From: an archaeon
Lineage (GTDB): Archaea; SpSt-1190; DYHY01
Direction of reading: 5' to 3'
Assembly: GCA_037442745.1 (NCBI GenBank)
Contig: JBBIPP010000008.1
Coordinates: forward strand, 8,013-72,012
DNA: 64,000 nt
Under the pieces are notes generated by a model. That model made no database searches. It was not told the DNA's origin and saw nothing but the letters and a program-made list of their open reading frames with translations. This document shows, piece after piece, positions 40,566 through 51,087 of this stretch. Position 1 is the first letter of the stretch; each line of letters starts with the position of its first letter. The position numbers were made by a program, and so were the translations under genes.

Positions 40566-41423
40566 GTGACCTACCTATTCAATTCAACTGGCAGTACGCA
40601 GGCATTGGAAAACCTAACAGGCAGATATCCAGTTTTCCTCAGGCAGTGGGAAGAGCAAGAGATGTTCTATTCCGACAAGGTTCCGGACACGCTTATTGAC
40701 AGAAGAAGGCCTGCCCTTGTTGTTTTTTCCCGCGAATTTCCGGGAATTGCCATAGCATCCGAATTTGGCGTCACCGAACAATATTCCCTTGAAGCTGAAA
40801 AATATGCGAAACGGCTTGTCGGAACTTGCTATTCACCCAAATTCTCCGCAGTTTTCTGGAAAGCCTCAAAAGCCTTTTCAGAAAGTCCTCTTCCCGAGCC
40901 TACAGAGCTTCTTTTGGCAGCATATTCCGAGGAAAGCGCACACTCACTGCTTGCCCAATTGGACAGCGCCCTAGGGGATGCCCGGGAAATTGACCTTCTT
41001 TCAAATGAACCCGGGACTTTTGGGGAAGTTTATTCCTTCCTCAGGCTTGCCAATCTCAGGAGGGAGTCAACACCCGGGAGATTTCGGTCCTGCGAACCGA
41101 GGGCTTCTTTCGGGGTAATTTCCTCAGGGAGGGGACCAATAATCTATAGGCTTGAGGAGAACTTGGGAGTATATGAACGAATCCTTTCCGGCAGAGCTAC
41201 CCGGGAAGATTTGGGTAGGCTAGACCCGAATTTTGCAGAGAGCGACCTAATTGAGCACATTGGCCAAGACGCCCTTCTCGCCAGATATCAGAGGACTGGG
41301 GAACTTCCAATCCACCTTCTGACAGCCCCCTCATCCGAACTTTCAATTGCCTGCCTTTCGGAGAATTTGCCCGAGGGAATTGGAACTGCCCTTGAAAAAG
41401 CAAGAACTGCTTATCGGGACTAG
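40566..41423 (+). CDS. Hypothetical protein
   Basis: 285-aa ORF with TTATAAA upstream. Confidence 0.6.
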   Translation: MTYLFNSTGSTQALENLTGRYPVFLRQWEEQEMFYSDKVPDTLIDRRRPALVVFSREFPGIAIASEFGVTEQYSLEAEKYAKRLVGTCYSPKFSAVFWKASKAFSESPLPEPTELLLAAYSEESAHSLLAQLDSALGDAREIDLLSNEPGTFGEVYSFLRLANLRRESTPGRFRSCEPRASFGVISSGRGPIIYRLEENLGVYERILSGRATREDLGRLDPNFAESDLIEHIGQDALLARYQRTGELPIHLLTAPSSELSIACLSENLPEGIGTALEKARTAYRD

Positions 41424-41899
41424 TTTCAGCAAATTAATTGCTTGAAAAATTTGAAACCATTAATAAATAGTTAATTAAATATCGCGTAAGGTCTAATTGA
41501 AATTAGGCAAGAAACGTCTTTTTTGGGAATAGGCATAAATAACGCAGCCGGTTGTCTATCTTTGTCTCGTTTCGGATGTCTATTCCGAAGGCAACTCCTT
41601 CGGAAAAGCCGTTGATTAGGCATCTTTCTCAAAATGCCCTGCCTGTCCAAAGGAATCCAGATTTTCTGGAAGATGGACAAACCTAGGCAGGGTCAATTTG
41701 GGAAGGAAAAATGGCCTGAACCAGAGCCCGGAAAGATTGCGGGCGAAGAAAGGACCTGACAAGTAATACAAAATATGACGTTAAAATCGGCAATCACAAT
41801 TGCCAACATTCGTCAATAGACGTATTATTTGCCAAAAACCTAATAAAGAGAATAACAAGACACCGAAATACGACATAAAATAGTCGGAGGAAACAAAAA

Positions 41900-44107
41900 A
41901 TGAATGGCGTAAGGACAGCCGCAAAGGTTGTAGCAGCAACAGTAGCATCGGCAGCAATGCTCGGTGCAACAGTTGCGGGCGCAGCATTTGCAGCGGACTT
42001 TGGAAGTTTCCCGGCACCCTTCGTACAGAATGGTGTAATGAACGGGAAAGTAGTTGTTGGTGCGAACGCAATGACAGCTGACGTTGTAGGGGCGATTGGA
42101 ATCGCTGCCGCACTCGGGCAGTCTGCATTCACGTCCGGATCAGCATCTGGAACAGGCAAGGCAACAGTATCCGTTTCGAGCGCAGACGGGCTAAAAGGAG
42201 AAGTATTGTTCGGACAGCAGCTAAAGGGTGCCGGCGACTTTGACACAAAGCTCCCCCTGAAGAACAACAGGTTCTCTGCACTCCGAAAGTGGACTGGAAG
42301 CGACCTCAAATACAAGGACACGACAACCGAAATCTCAGCACACCAAGAGATTGAAATCGACTCGTCCGGAATACAGGTTGCACACGGAGACAGCGATGCT
42401 GCGGCAGGAAAATGGTATCTCAAAGTACCCTCTTCCGAGCTCAAGGTCAAGATGGTCTTCGACACAGCCTTCAACGAATCGAATGGCGATGTTGTCTTCG
42501 ACATGTTCGGAAAGGAGATAACGCTTGAAGCAGTAGGAGCCGGAAGCATAACAGTATCCTCCGGAAGCAAATACTCGGTATCTCTCGACAACCCGACGTT
42601 CACAGACTCTGCAAGTGGCGCAACAGTCACTTTCAAGGGAGCTGACACGACCGGGAACAAGGCATATGTCACTGTCACAAACGGCGGAACAACTGACAGC
42701 GCAGTCCTTGACTCTGGAGTAGAAAAGACAGTTGCGGGCGTTGCACTCAAGGCGACAGACATCTTCAGGATGTCAGACACCGCGATGTTCTCAACACTGA
42801 CAGTCGGAACAAAGCTCTCGGACGAAGTAACCGAAGGCGAAAAGTTCCTCGGTGAGACTGACTGGGAAATGCTAGATGTTGTTGACGGAGATTCCGCTAC
42901 AACCCTGACATCGTTCAGCGTTGCGTACACGCCGAGCTCGACAAAGTTCCTCTCCCCCGGAGAGAAGCTTTCCGGACTGTTCGGAGGATTCGACCTCAAG
43001 GTTGACAGCCAGCTTATTGCAGACTCTGCACTCGAAACAGGCTTTGCTATAACCAAAGAGTCAAGCCCGAACATTTACAGAGACAACTCGACGACAAAGG
43101 ACACATCAGCACCGGGACTCAAGTTTGTGTTCCCGCAGGCAGATGTTGCCCAGCTCGCGAACGGAACCGATCTCAAGAACGACGGAACAACCGGAGTCTA
43201 TATGGACACTGCTTTTTCCGGAACAACCTTGACATCAACCCTGACCTACTACCCGGACACAAAGGACGCAACAGCTGGATACTATGCAGTATCCAACAGC
43301 TCTAACCTGTTTAACCTGACATACGGGGACACGAAGCTGAGAGTGAACGTCATACCAGTGTCGTCAACACTCCTCAACATCGAGGTCAACGCGACAAAGA
43401 ACGACGGAACATCGAGCGAAGCGTTCAAGTTCAACGTAACAACTTCGTCCGGAAACGTCCTTCAGATTGCGCAGGGAACGAACGATCCGCACTCGAACGA
43501 CTTTGTATACACAGGGCCCTTCACTTCGGCTACGTCCAAGGGAGACTTTGAGTATACATATGTCACCGACTATGGAATCAAGATAGAGCCCCTCAAATCC
43601 GACCTCAAGGCTGAGAAAGTGAGGTTCTCTGTTCCAAGCGAGCCCAACAAGTACATTGTAGTTGTTGGAAAGGACACAACAGTACAGGAAATGATTGCGG
43701 CGGGAGAGACTGGAGCAAAATCCAAGGTCAAGATTGACGCAATCACAGTCGCAGGCGCGACCACAATGACAAAGGTCCCAATCTCTGCACCGGTTGCAGT
43801 CTTGGACACTGAAGTCAGCGACAAGGACATGAACATGATTCTTGTCGGCGGGCCTTCTGTTAACAGCCTCGTAAAGATGCTTGGCGGAATGTACGCGGAT
43901 GCTCAGACATACGCGAACGCCGGTAAGCTCTACTGGGTTGAGAGCGGACTTGCGCCCGGAAAGACTGTTGTTGTAGTTGCCGGATGGGACGCTGCAAACA
44001 CAAGAGCGGCATCCCATGTCCTCGCAAACTATGGCAAATACGCCCTTGCCGGTAAGACTGAAGTTACAGTCCAAGGCACTGACGTAAACAGCCTTACTGT
44101 TGCGTAA
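41900..44107 (+). CDS. S-layer protein
   Basis: Signal peptide, FPAPFV..G...VVVGANA...DVVGA N-terminus, LVGGPSVN and VVAG...NTR.A C-terminus; Thr/Ser rich; GGAGG RBS. Confidence 0.92.
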   Translation: MNGVRTAAKVVAATVASAAMLGATVAGAAFAADFGSFPAPFVQNGVMNGKVVVGANAMTADVVGAIGIAAALGQSAFTSGSASGTGKATVSVSSADGLKGEVLFGQQLKGAGDFDTKLPLKNNRFSALRKWTGSDLKYKDTTTEISAHQEIEIDSSGIQVAHGDSDAAAGKWYLKVPSSELKVKMVFDTAFNESNGDVVFDMFGKEITLEAVGAGSITVSSGSKYSVSLDNPTFTDSASGATVTFKGADTTGNKAYVTVTNGGTTDSAVLDSGVEKTVAGVALKATDIFRMSDTAMFSTLTVGTKLSDEVTEGEKFLGETDWEMLDVVDGDSATTLTSFSVAYTPSSTKFLSPGEKLSGLFGGFDLKVDSQLIADSALETGFAITKESSPNIYRDNSTTKDTSAPGLKFVFPQADVAQLANGTDLKNDGTTGVYMDTAFSGTTLTSTLTYYPDTKDATAGYYAVSNSSNLFNLTYGDTKLRVNVIPVSSTLLNIEVNATKNDGTSSEAFKFNVTTSSGNVLQIAQGTNDPHSNDFVYTGPFTSATSKGDFEYTYVTDYGIKIEPLKSDLKAEKVRFSVPSEPNKYIVVVGKDTTVQEMIAAGETGAKSKVKIDAITVAGATTMTKVPISAPVAVLDTEVSDKDMNMILVGGPSVNSLVKMLGGMYADAQTYANAGKLYWVESGLAPGKTVVVVAGWDAANTRAASHVLANYGKYALAGKTEVTVQGTDVNSLTVA

Positions 44108-44140
44108 GAACGAAACCAGAGACACCACAAAGGCGACTGA

Positions 44141-44182
44141 TCCGGGCCTCCTGGAGGAGGCCCGGACAGCATTTTTATTTTT
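44141..44182 (+). terminator. Hairpin plus T-tract after the S-layer gene
   Basis: tccgggcctcc-tgga-ggaggcccgga followed by tttttattttt. Confidence 0.7.
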
Positions 44183-45276
44183 CCAGAACAAAATGGAAAA
44201 CCCAAGTTTATTCGGACAAAATTCCTTTTCCAATGGAAGCGCTCCTCCAGCATTTCGCTTCCCGAACAACCCTCCAAACAAACCCGGCAAAACAGATTTA
44301 GACACCACTGTCCAAAATGAACAATTTAAAAATTGTTTCAGATGGACGGAAATATTCCCTTGTTTTGGATGTTGATTATACGATAATGCTCTCCCTCCCT
44401 CCCCTGAGAAATACAATTTTTCCGGGAACTCTATTCTGAGGAAATAGATAGTTTCCAACAAGGGGCTTTTCCGGAGCGAATGCGGTCAAATTGTCCCAGG
44501 AAATTGATTTGGCCGAGTCATCCACCAGAAAGGGCAATCCGGAGACGAAGAACGCAACTCTTAGAAAGGATCGCTTTCCATTTGGTCTTCCAAGGGAATA
44601 CCGGGCTCTTTCCGGAAGACTGGTTCCGGATGAAGATGTGGAGAGAATTCGGACTGCCAGAGACGTTGAATTCGGGGGATTTGTCAATTCCCTTGCAATT
44701 GAGACTGAAACGGACAGAATTCTCCATTGTCTTGCTGGAACTTCCTCCGAACCCGGATGGAAACTCAGAAGAGGAGCTCGGAAAATTGTGAAATCCCTGC
44801 AAGAAGCTTGATTATTCAACTTTTACGTCGCAACAATAGGTAATTGAGTTGTCCAGGAAAGGAAATACTAACAAGTTCTCTCCTTCTTCAGAGGAGTGAA
44901 AATTGTCTTGGTCCCCCTTCCTCCCGGAAAAACGACCCACTGGCGGGAGAAGACCTTGGGAGCAACTGAAGAGGGATATTCTGTTGCAAAAGGCAAACTC
45001 TCCCACAGGTTGAGGCGGAAATCCACTCCCTTTTAGGGATTTGATCCGCTTGTCCCTAGTGATGAACAGCCCAAAGAATTTAAGCAAGTTTTGAGGTAAT
45101 ATTATTGGGAGGGGAAGAGACCGCAAACGATAGAACTAATTGGAAAAATTCTGGGAATACTTGGAATCGGAATTGCGAACTATTTCCTATCAAAAAGCAT
45201 GTTTTTCCCTGCCGAATAGCCAATTTTGTGCTAACGGGGAAATTTTATATATCTGAGAAGGCCAGAACTAGGCACA

Positions 45277-45753
45277 ATGGTCACCGCCCCTTCGGGGAAA
45301 AGACAGGCTCAGGGCGCTCTCGAATATCTAATTACATATGGCTGGGCAATACTGATTATTGTCATTATTGGCGGGGCGCTGTTCGCTCTCGGGGTGTTTA
45401 ATCCGTCGAGCTGGACTACTAATAAGAGGGCGACAGGGTTTACTACAATGCAAATAAAAGATTGGGTTCTTCAAGGCGGAACTGGAAACAACACCCTCAT
45501 TGCAGTTCTTCAGAATAAAGCAGGTTATCCTGTATATGTCTGGAGGATAAAAACAACCGACGAATGGGGAAATTGTGATACTGTGTTTTCTAATGTTCAA
45601 GTACAAGAAGACGACACCATACGATTTATTGTCGCTTGTTTAACCGGAAACGTTCAAGTTGGGAAGCAATACACGCTCAATCTGCAAATACAATACGAGT
45701 CAAATGGACTAAACCATACTGACTTTGGAACGCTTTCAGGTAAGGCAGAATAA
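45277..45753 (+). CDS. Archaeal type IV pilin-like protein (class III signal peptide)
   Basis: KRQAQGALEYLITYGWAILII...LFALGVFNP. Confidence 0.88.
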   Translation: MVTAPSGKRQAQGALEYLITYGWAILIIVIIGGALFALGVFNPSSWTTNKRATGFTTMQIKDWVLQGGTGNNTLIAVLQNKAGYPVYVWRIKTTDEWGNCDTVFSNVQVQEDDTIRFIVACLTGNVQVGKQYTLNLQIQYESNGLNHTDFGTLSGKAE

Positions 45754-45789
45754 AGATATTCTTTTAAATAATTTCGCTAACCCAAATGA

Positions 45790-48162
45790 ATGCGACATAA
45801 AGTGGTTGCTATTTTCCTAGTATTTTTAGTAATAAATTTAGGGTATGCGTACAAAGAAAAAGTATATACACAAAACTTTTCTGTGCTCGGACAATGTCCT
45901 ACTTATTTCAATCCTCCCATTAAGTATTGTGCTATTTCTTCAGGATCTAGTTTTACCCCGTCTAATACAACGGCAAGCGTTTACATACCTGAGATAATAT
46001 TCTCTAAACTAAATTCAACTAATGTAAGTTTCTCTAACGTGGTTTACAGAAGTCCTGCTTACTGGAATTATACTTTAGCAACTATATCGAACGGAACCCT
46101 TACAAATTTAAGAATGTGTTCTTCGCATCCTTTTTGCTTAGAAAATATAATTAGAAAATTAGATGGGACTTTTCATAATCTGCTAATATTTCCAAATAGT
46201 ACTATTCCCGGATATTTCATGTGGTCCCACAATATTTCAATAGAGTTGGAATATTATCTCATCAATATCTCAATCCCTTCCATTTCCAAGGAGGGAAACT
46301 TCCTAACATGCTCTTCGAACATAACAACCGATTTCTCGGGAGCCGACCTCTCGACTAATTTCACTTTCATGCGGAACGGAGAAACAGTTTCCAACATGAC
46401 TGGTTCGAAAACCTGCCTCAACTCAACCGAATGCCAATATTCAGTAGATGTCCAGAACCTTTCGGGGAATTGGACGTGCGAAGTTTTCTCAGGAGACTGG
46501 TCGGTCCGGTCCGAGATCCTTGCAGTAGACAGCCAGATTGAAATAACCGAAGACCCCTTCCAGACCGACAACTCGACAAGCGAACATTCCTTCATTGCAA
46601 GAGCTAGGGCAAAAGATTTGGACGGAATTTCTGACATTTCGTCCTGTTTTGTCTCTTCCGAATTATGCGGGCCAACATATCTTGAGCCGACAGGAAACGA
46701 GAACGAAATTGAATGCCGGGCAACCTGCTCCTCTCAGAACGAAAGCGAAATTTCCCTTTCATTCGTCTTTTCAGACACACAAGGGCGGAACATCTCAACC
46801 AGCGAGACCGCCTTTGCGACTCCGAATTCCCCTCCAAGCATTTCCGGATCAAACATAACTCTAGTGTCCCCCAATTCAACGAGGAAATATGCCGAATTCT
46901 CCTGCGTCTCAGAGACAACCGACCCCGACGGCGATTCCTTCACCGAGCTCTACCTTTTCTATTCAACTGGGTTTGGAACCCTAAGAGATTACTCTGATAA
47001 CAGCACCTTCCATTGCCGTGAGAGCGAGTTCTGTCTCAAAGGAGAGGAGATAAAATGCAAAACAAACGCGGTCGACGAACTAGGGCGTTCGACAGACAGG
47101 CTCTCTGATGGGCTTGTTGCAATAGCAAATGCGCCTCCCGAAAAAGTCAATTTTCAAACCCAGAACGGAAGCGTTTTCAATTCCAGCTCAATTCAGATAC
47201 TTTTTTCAGCCTCGCTGGACGAAGATGAGGACGAAGTTTCTTATGTCTTTTGGCTTTCTGAAGGATCCAGCTATTCGAGCGAAGGGGCTCCATTGAACCT
47301 CTCGAACCTTTCGGACGGCAACTATATTTTGAAAGGGCGCTCAACTGACGGAGAGTTGGAAAGCCAGGAAGAAGAGCTGTATTTTTCAGTGTCTTCTGTC
47401 AGGACAACCACAACAACCACCGCCATTACAACGACTACAATATCTTCCGGAGGAGGCTTTCCCCCAGTTTCTACAAGCATAGTATCAACAACAACGACAA
47501 TATTGCCAACAAGTTTCCCGATAATAGGGACTCCAACAGAGTCTGGGAACAGGTCTGTATTGGTAACAATAGAAAACCCCAGAAATTCGAGCGTTTTCCT
47601 GGAATATGATAAATCTGTCATCTCCTGCTATCCAGATGAAATACCGGCCGAAAAGAGCGCAATCATTTCTTGCCAGTTTTCCGAGAAATTTAGGGACCGC
47701 CCAGTTTCAATAGAAATTACAAACGGCACCACTGCAATAAGTCAATTCGAACTTTGGACTGATACGGGAAAAACCTCCGAACGCGCAAGAGCGCAGATCG
47801 AACGCTTGTTCAGAATCTGGACAAACTGCTTTGATTCAAGGGCAAAGGAGCTTGTCGATTCCCTGCAAGAAGCTCTTGACCGCGAAAAGATTCTCGGAGG
47901 GAATCGGACGGAACTCGATTCACTCGTTGCGTCCGCCGAAAGCTATGAAATCCATAGCAATTGTCAATGGACAGCTTCAAACGGCTCGTTCGGCAGCGCG
48001 GGCAATTCCTCATCAACCGGACGTCTCCCAACACCCCTATTCGTCGCAGAGCCAAAAGCCCCTTCCGAAAACGAAAACTTTTTCACAAAACTCCTCAACA
48101 CAATAATCGCCTTCTTTTCAGGAATCTTCCTAAAAATAAAATCTTTCTTGGGTTTCACTTAA
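45790..48162 (+). CDS. Large secreted Cys/Ser/Thr-rich surface protein
   Basis: Signal peptide, Ig-like repeats (D.DGD), many NxS/T sequons, poly-Thr linker, amphipathic C-terminus. Confidence 0.8.
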   Translation: MRHKVVAIFLVFLVINLGYAYKEKVYTQNFSVLGQCPTYFNPPIKYCAISSGSSFTPSNTTASVYIPEIIFSKLNSTNVSFSNVVYRSPAYWNYTLATISNGTLTNLRMCSSHPFCLENIIRKLDGTFHNLLIFPNSTIPGYFMWSHNISIELEYYLINISIPSISKEGNFLTCSSNITTDFSGADLSTNFTFMRNGETVSNMTGSKTCLNSTECQYSVDVQNLSGNWTCEVFSGDWSVRSEILAVDSQIEITEDPFQTDNSTSEHSFIARARAKDLDGISDISSCFVSSELCGPTYLEPTGNENEIECRATCSSQNESEISLSFVFSDTQGRNISTSETAFATPNSPPSISGSNITLVSPNSTRKYAEFSCVSETTDPDGDSFTELYLFYSTGFGTLRDYSDNSTFHCRESEFCLKGEEIKCKTNAVDELGRSTDRLSDGLVAIANAPPEKVNFQTQNGSVFNSSSIQILFSASLDEDEDEVSYVFWLSEGSSYSSEGAPLNLSNLSDGNYILKGRSTDGELESQEEELYFSVSSVRTTTTTTAITTTTISSGGGFPPVSTSIVSTTTTILPTSFPIIGTPTESGNRSVLVTIENPRNSSVFLEYDKSVISCYPDEIPAEKSAIISCQFSEKFRDRPVSIEITNGTTAISQFELWTDTGKTSERARAQIERLFRIWTNCFDSRAKELVDSLQEALDREKILGGNRTELDSLVASAESYEIHSNCQWTASNGSFGSAGNSSSTGRLPTPLFVAEPKAPSENENFFTKLLNTIIAFFSGIFLKIKSFLGFT

Positions 48163-48464
48163 CCCCCATAGCTCGGGGGGTCCCCTCTCATTTCATCTTT
48201 TGAATCGTCCTCGTTGATTGACTGCCCAAAAGTCCCAGTCAAGGCAAGTATTGTCAGAATTGCGCAGAGAACGCAGAGGATTATAACAAGAATGCTTGCT
48301 CCAAAAAGGCTCTCCGACACCCCCAAATAGGGCTTTTGAAGGATTTAATATTATCCATCGTTGGACAGATTTTTCACCCAAGAAATGCAAAATATACCAA
48401 AAACAAGTCAAATTTTCCCGAAACAACACAATTTAAAAACCCCGAAAAAGTTCTCGTTCCCACT

Positions 48465-49013
48465 ATGGGACTTCGACCAGCAAGAGCAGTCAGACGCTTC
48501 AACAATCCTCCGTACACACGGGTTGCTCAGAGGGTAATGAAGAAGGCATTCATCAGAGGGGTGCCGGGGTCAAAAATGCACACTTTCCAGACAGGAAAGC
48601 GCGCGACATATGAACACAAGCTTATTTTAGTTGCAAGGGAAAAGCTCTTCCTTCGGCACAACCAGCTGGAAGCCGCAAGGGTTGCCGCAAACGGATACTG
48701 CTCGTCGAAGCTCGGAATGGAAGGCTATTTCATGAAAGTATATGTCTATCCTCACCAGGTAATAAGAGAAAACGCGCTTGCAACAGGCGCAGGGGCGGAC
48801 AGGTTCCAATCTGGAATGTCAAGGGCATTCGGAAAGCCTGTCTCTACCGCTGCAATGGTGAAGAACAACACAAAACTAATGGCAATCTGGGTTCCGGCAG
48901 GAAAGCTCTTGGAAGCGAAGGAAGCTTTCCGAAGGGCGGCAATCCGCCTGTCCGCAAAGACTAGCGTCCTCATTGAGACTGGAAAGTTTGACACGAAAAA
49001 AGTCGAAAAGTAA
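48465..49013 (+). CDS. rpl10e: 50S ribosomal protein L10e (uL16)
   Basis: MGLRPAR, RHNQLEAARV and GAGADRFQSGMSRAFGKP. Confidence 0.95.
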   Translation: MGLRPARAVRRFNNPPYTRVAQRVMKKAFIRGVPGSKMHTFQTGKRATYEHKLILVAREKLFLRHNQLEAARVAANGYCSSKLGMEGYFMKVYVYPHQVIRENALATGAGADRFQSGMSRAFGKPVSTAAMVKNNTKLMAIWVPAGKLLEAKEAFRRAAIRLSAKTSVLIETGKFDTKKVEK

Positions 49014-49017
49014 TTCG

Positions 49018-49695
49018 TCAGCTTTTTCCGTCCCACTCGGAGAAGAATTCCTTGATGAACCTCTCCATCCTCTTCTTCCTTTCCCGGGCTAGTTTTTCCC
49101 CGGTTTTCGTATAAATCAGGGAATCGAGTCTGAGGAGTTTCTCGTAGAAATGGTTTATTGTGTGGGTCGCCCCCCGTTTCCGATATTCTTCCCTGCTCAT
49201 CAGGAGCTTTGGCTTGACCGTCGGCTCATACATCGGACGCCCCTTCTTTCCGCCATAGGCAAACGTCCTCCCAATTCCAATCGCCCCCATTGCGTCGAGG
49301 AAATCCGCGTCCCTAACAATTTCGCCCTCAATTGAGGACATCCTTTTTGGCTTGCCTTTTGTTCCCGGGAAATTCATTTCTGAAATTATTTTCGAGACGG
49401 CTTTCCGAGTCCCTTCAGGAACCGAGAATTCCCGCAGCAAGTCGTCAGCCCTCTTCGGCCCGAGCGTTTCGTCTCCCTCGTTGAACTTGTAATCGGCAAT
49501 GTCGTGGAGGAGGGCGGCCAATTCGATAACATAGAAATCCGGAGCCGCTTTTTTCTCTGAGCGGGCGATTCTTCTCGCAAGCCCCCAGACGCGATATGTG
49601 TGCCACCAGTCGTGGCCGGAGGATTCCCCGGAGTGGAGGGATTGCATGCGTTTAGCTATTGAGACGATCGTTCGCTTGCTGTATTCAGATGGCAT
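49018..49695 (-). CDS. HD-domain phosphohydrolase
   Basis: GHDWWH..RV, LLHD, DADFLDAMGAIG and NHFYEKLL motifs. Confidence 0.92.
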   Translation of the reverse strand: MPSEYSKRTIVSIAKRMQSLHSGESSGHDWWHTYRVWGLARRIARSEKKAAPDFYVIELAALLHDIADYKFNEGDETLGPKRADDLLREFSVPEGTRKAVSKIISEMNFPGTKGKPKRMSSIEGEIVRDADFLDAMGAIGIGRTFAYGGKKGRPMYEPTVKPKLLMSREEYRKRGATHTINHFYEKLLRLDSLIYTKTGEKLARERKKRMERFIKEFFSEWDGKS

Positions 49696-49758
49696 TTTAT
49701 TTTCAAAAGTTCAAGGCCAGTTAAAGAATTTCCGAAATTAACATTGTCCCTCGGAAAC

Positions 49759-49833
49759 TGGTGGACTGGACGGGAGTCGAACCCGTGACCTCAGCAATGC
49801 CAATGCCGCATTCTACCACTGAACTACCAGCCC
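49759..49833 (-). tRNA. tRNA-Ala(GGC)
   Basis: GGGCTGG/CCAGTCC acceptor stem with G3:U70, loop TTGGCAT, encoded CCA. Confidence 0.95.
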
Positions 49834-49931
49834 AGAAACTTTACGAAAGTTTCATCAAATAGTCCGTTCGCAGGCGAACGGACAAGCCCAGTTCAGTGGG
49901 TTTATATTAGCATTCCTGAGCCTTGGGCAAA

Positions 49932-49967
49932 GTCCGTGCTCGCACGGATACCACTGAACTACCAGCC
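49932..49967 (-). repeat. Hairpin plus 19-bp duplicate of the tRNA-Ala 5' end
   Basis: gtccgtgctcgcacgga followed by taccactgaactaccagcc (= 49814-49832). Confidence 0.88.
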
Positions 49968-50001
49968 AAGGTAATTAGCAAGGGGGATTTTTTCCATTCT
50001 T

Positions 50002-50304
50002 TTAAGTCTTTTGAACACTGACCTTTTCAGTCAAAAGAGCGCCGTTAATGAAAACATATGCAAGATGAGTCGCAATTATCAGGAGAAATAACGCCCCAAA
50101 GCCAAGGAAATCCGCCACAATTCCAGCAAGGAAGAGCCGGAGGAACGCAAAAGAGACAGGAGTCAAGGCGAGAATGAAGACTATTACGGAAATGGATATT
50201 CCTATTGAGACGAGATAGAGCGGGACAATCAAAATAAGGCTCATTGAAACTGTCGAGTAAAAAGTGTAGAGATAGGCGCTCCGGGAGATTGTGAGCTTTC
50301 TCAT
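50002..50304 (-). pseudogene. Truncated MFS-like transporter N-terminus
   Basis: VPLYL..IGIS and GIVADFLG (motif A-like); only 100 aa. Confidence 0.5.
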
Positions 50305-50366
50305 ACGGAAACTGTCTGCAGAAAGAGAGAGGTTTAAAATCCTCAGACCGCATTCCTGTAAAGTTT

Positions 50367-50500
50367 GTGGTGGGCCGGGTGGTTGAGCATCGGAAATCGG
50401 CGAAATCCGAGGCCCAATAAAACTGGTGGTGGGCCGGGTGGTTGAGCATCGGAAATCGGCGAAATCCGAGGCCCAATAAAACTGGTGGTGGGCCGGGTGG
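50367..50500 (-). repeat. 59-bp tandem repeat (two full units plus 16 bp) containing the tRNA-Lys 3' end
   Basis: gtggtgggccgggtgg at 50367, 50426 and 50485 with identical 43-bp intervening sequences. Confidence 0.95.
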
Positions 50501-50563
50501 GATTTGAACCCACGACCCAAAGATTAAGAGTCTTTTGCTCTAACCATGCTGAGCTACCGGCCC
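50486..50563 (-). tRNA. tRNA-Lys(CTT)
   Basis: GGGCCGG/CCGGCCC acceptor stem, AAAGA-CTCTTAA-TCTTT anticodon arm, encoded CCA. Confidence 0.95.
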
Positions 50564-50637
50564 GTTTTTCGGGAGCCCCCCGCTCTAGCATTTTGGAGGG
50601 GAGCCCCTCAATCAAGGGATTGACGCTCGCGCAGTAT

Positions 50638-50823
50638 TTACCGCGTTTCCCTTGACTTTATCTTCTTCTTCTGCCAGGAATAGTTCCTAATTGTGGCAGT
50701 CTTTCCGAATCCGCAGGATGAGCATACCTTCTTTTTCTTGTGGTATGTCGCCCGCCCGCATCTTCTGCATCTCAGGTGAAGGGTTTTCTGCCTTCGCCCC
50801 ATGCTTGGTGTTCCTTTTCCCAT
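50638..50823 (-). CDS. rpl37e: 50S ribosomal protein L37e
   Basis: [14 protein letters not shown] and CSSCGFG motifs. Confidence 0.96.
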   Translation of the reverse strand: MGKGTPSMGRRQKTLHLRCRRCGRATYHKKKKVCSSCGFGKTATIRNYSWQKKKIKSRETR

Positions 50824-50829
50824 TCAGTC

Positions 50830-51087
50830 TCATTCCTCCGGTGAAATTATTGTAATGTTGTCTCCCCTGATAACTACCCGGCCTAGCTTTCTTTTAAGCT
50901 CGCCGTTCCTAATCTCGGACGCCTCGTCTAGGACCGTGTTTATGTGGATGTCAAACGTCCGGAGTATTCCGACAAAGGAATTCCCGTCCTTTAGTTCCAC
51001 AAATACCCGTTTCCCCCTTGCTTCGCTCAGTGCGTCCAAGGGCCTCTCAAGAGAGGAAGAATGCGAATTTCCCTGTCCTAGCGCCAT
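50830..51087 (-). CDS. Archaeal Sm/Lsm protein
   Basis: RPLDAL, FDIHINTVL and IRGDNI motifs; adjacent to rpl37e. Confidence 0.93.
   Translation of the reverse strand: MALGQGNSHSSSLERPLDALSEARGKRVFVELKDGNSFVGILRTFDIHINTVLDEASEIRNGELKRKLGRVVIRGDNITIISPEE

Noticed and set aside
41794-43074. 426-aa antisense ORF (also 43364-44461)
   Set aside because: Shadow of the codon-biased S-layer gene
44400-45270. Short ORFs between the S-layer and pilin genes
   Set aside because: No recognisable motif; a real gene cannot be told from decayed sequence
45277-48162. Diversity-generating retroelement target
   Set aside because: No reverse transcriptase and no template/variable repeat pair seen
49949-49967. 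Nanoarchaeum-style split tRNA halves
   Set aside because: Fragments are only 11-19 bp and complete genes lie next to them
50367-50500. CRISPR array
   Set aside because: The spacers are identical, the repeat is a tRNA 3' end, and there are no cas genes
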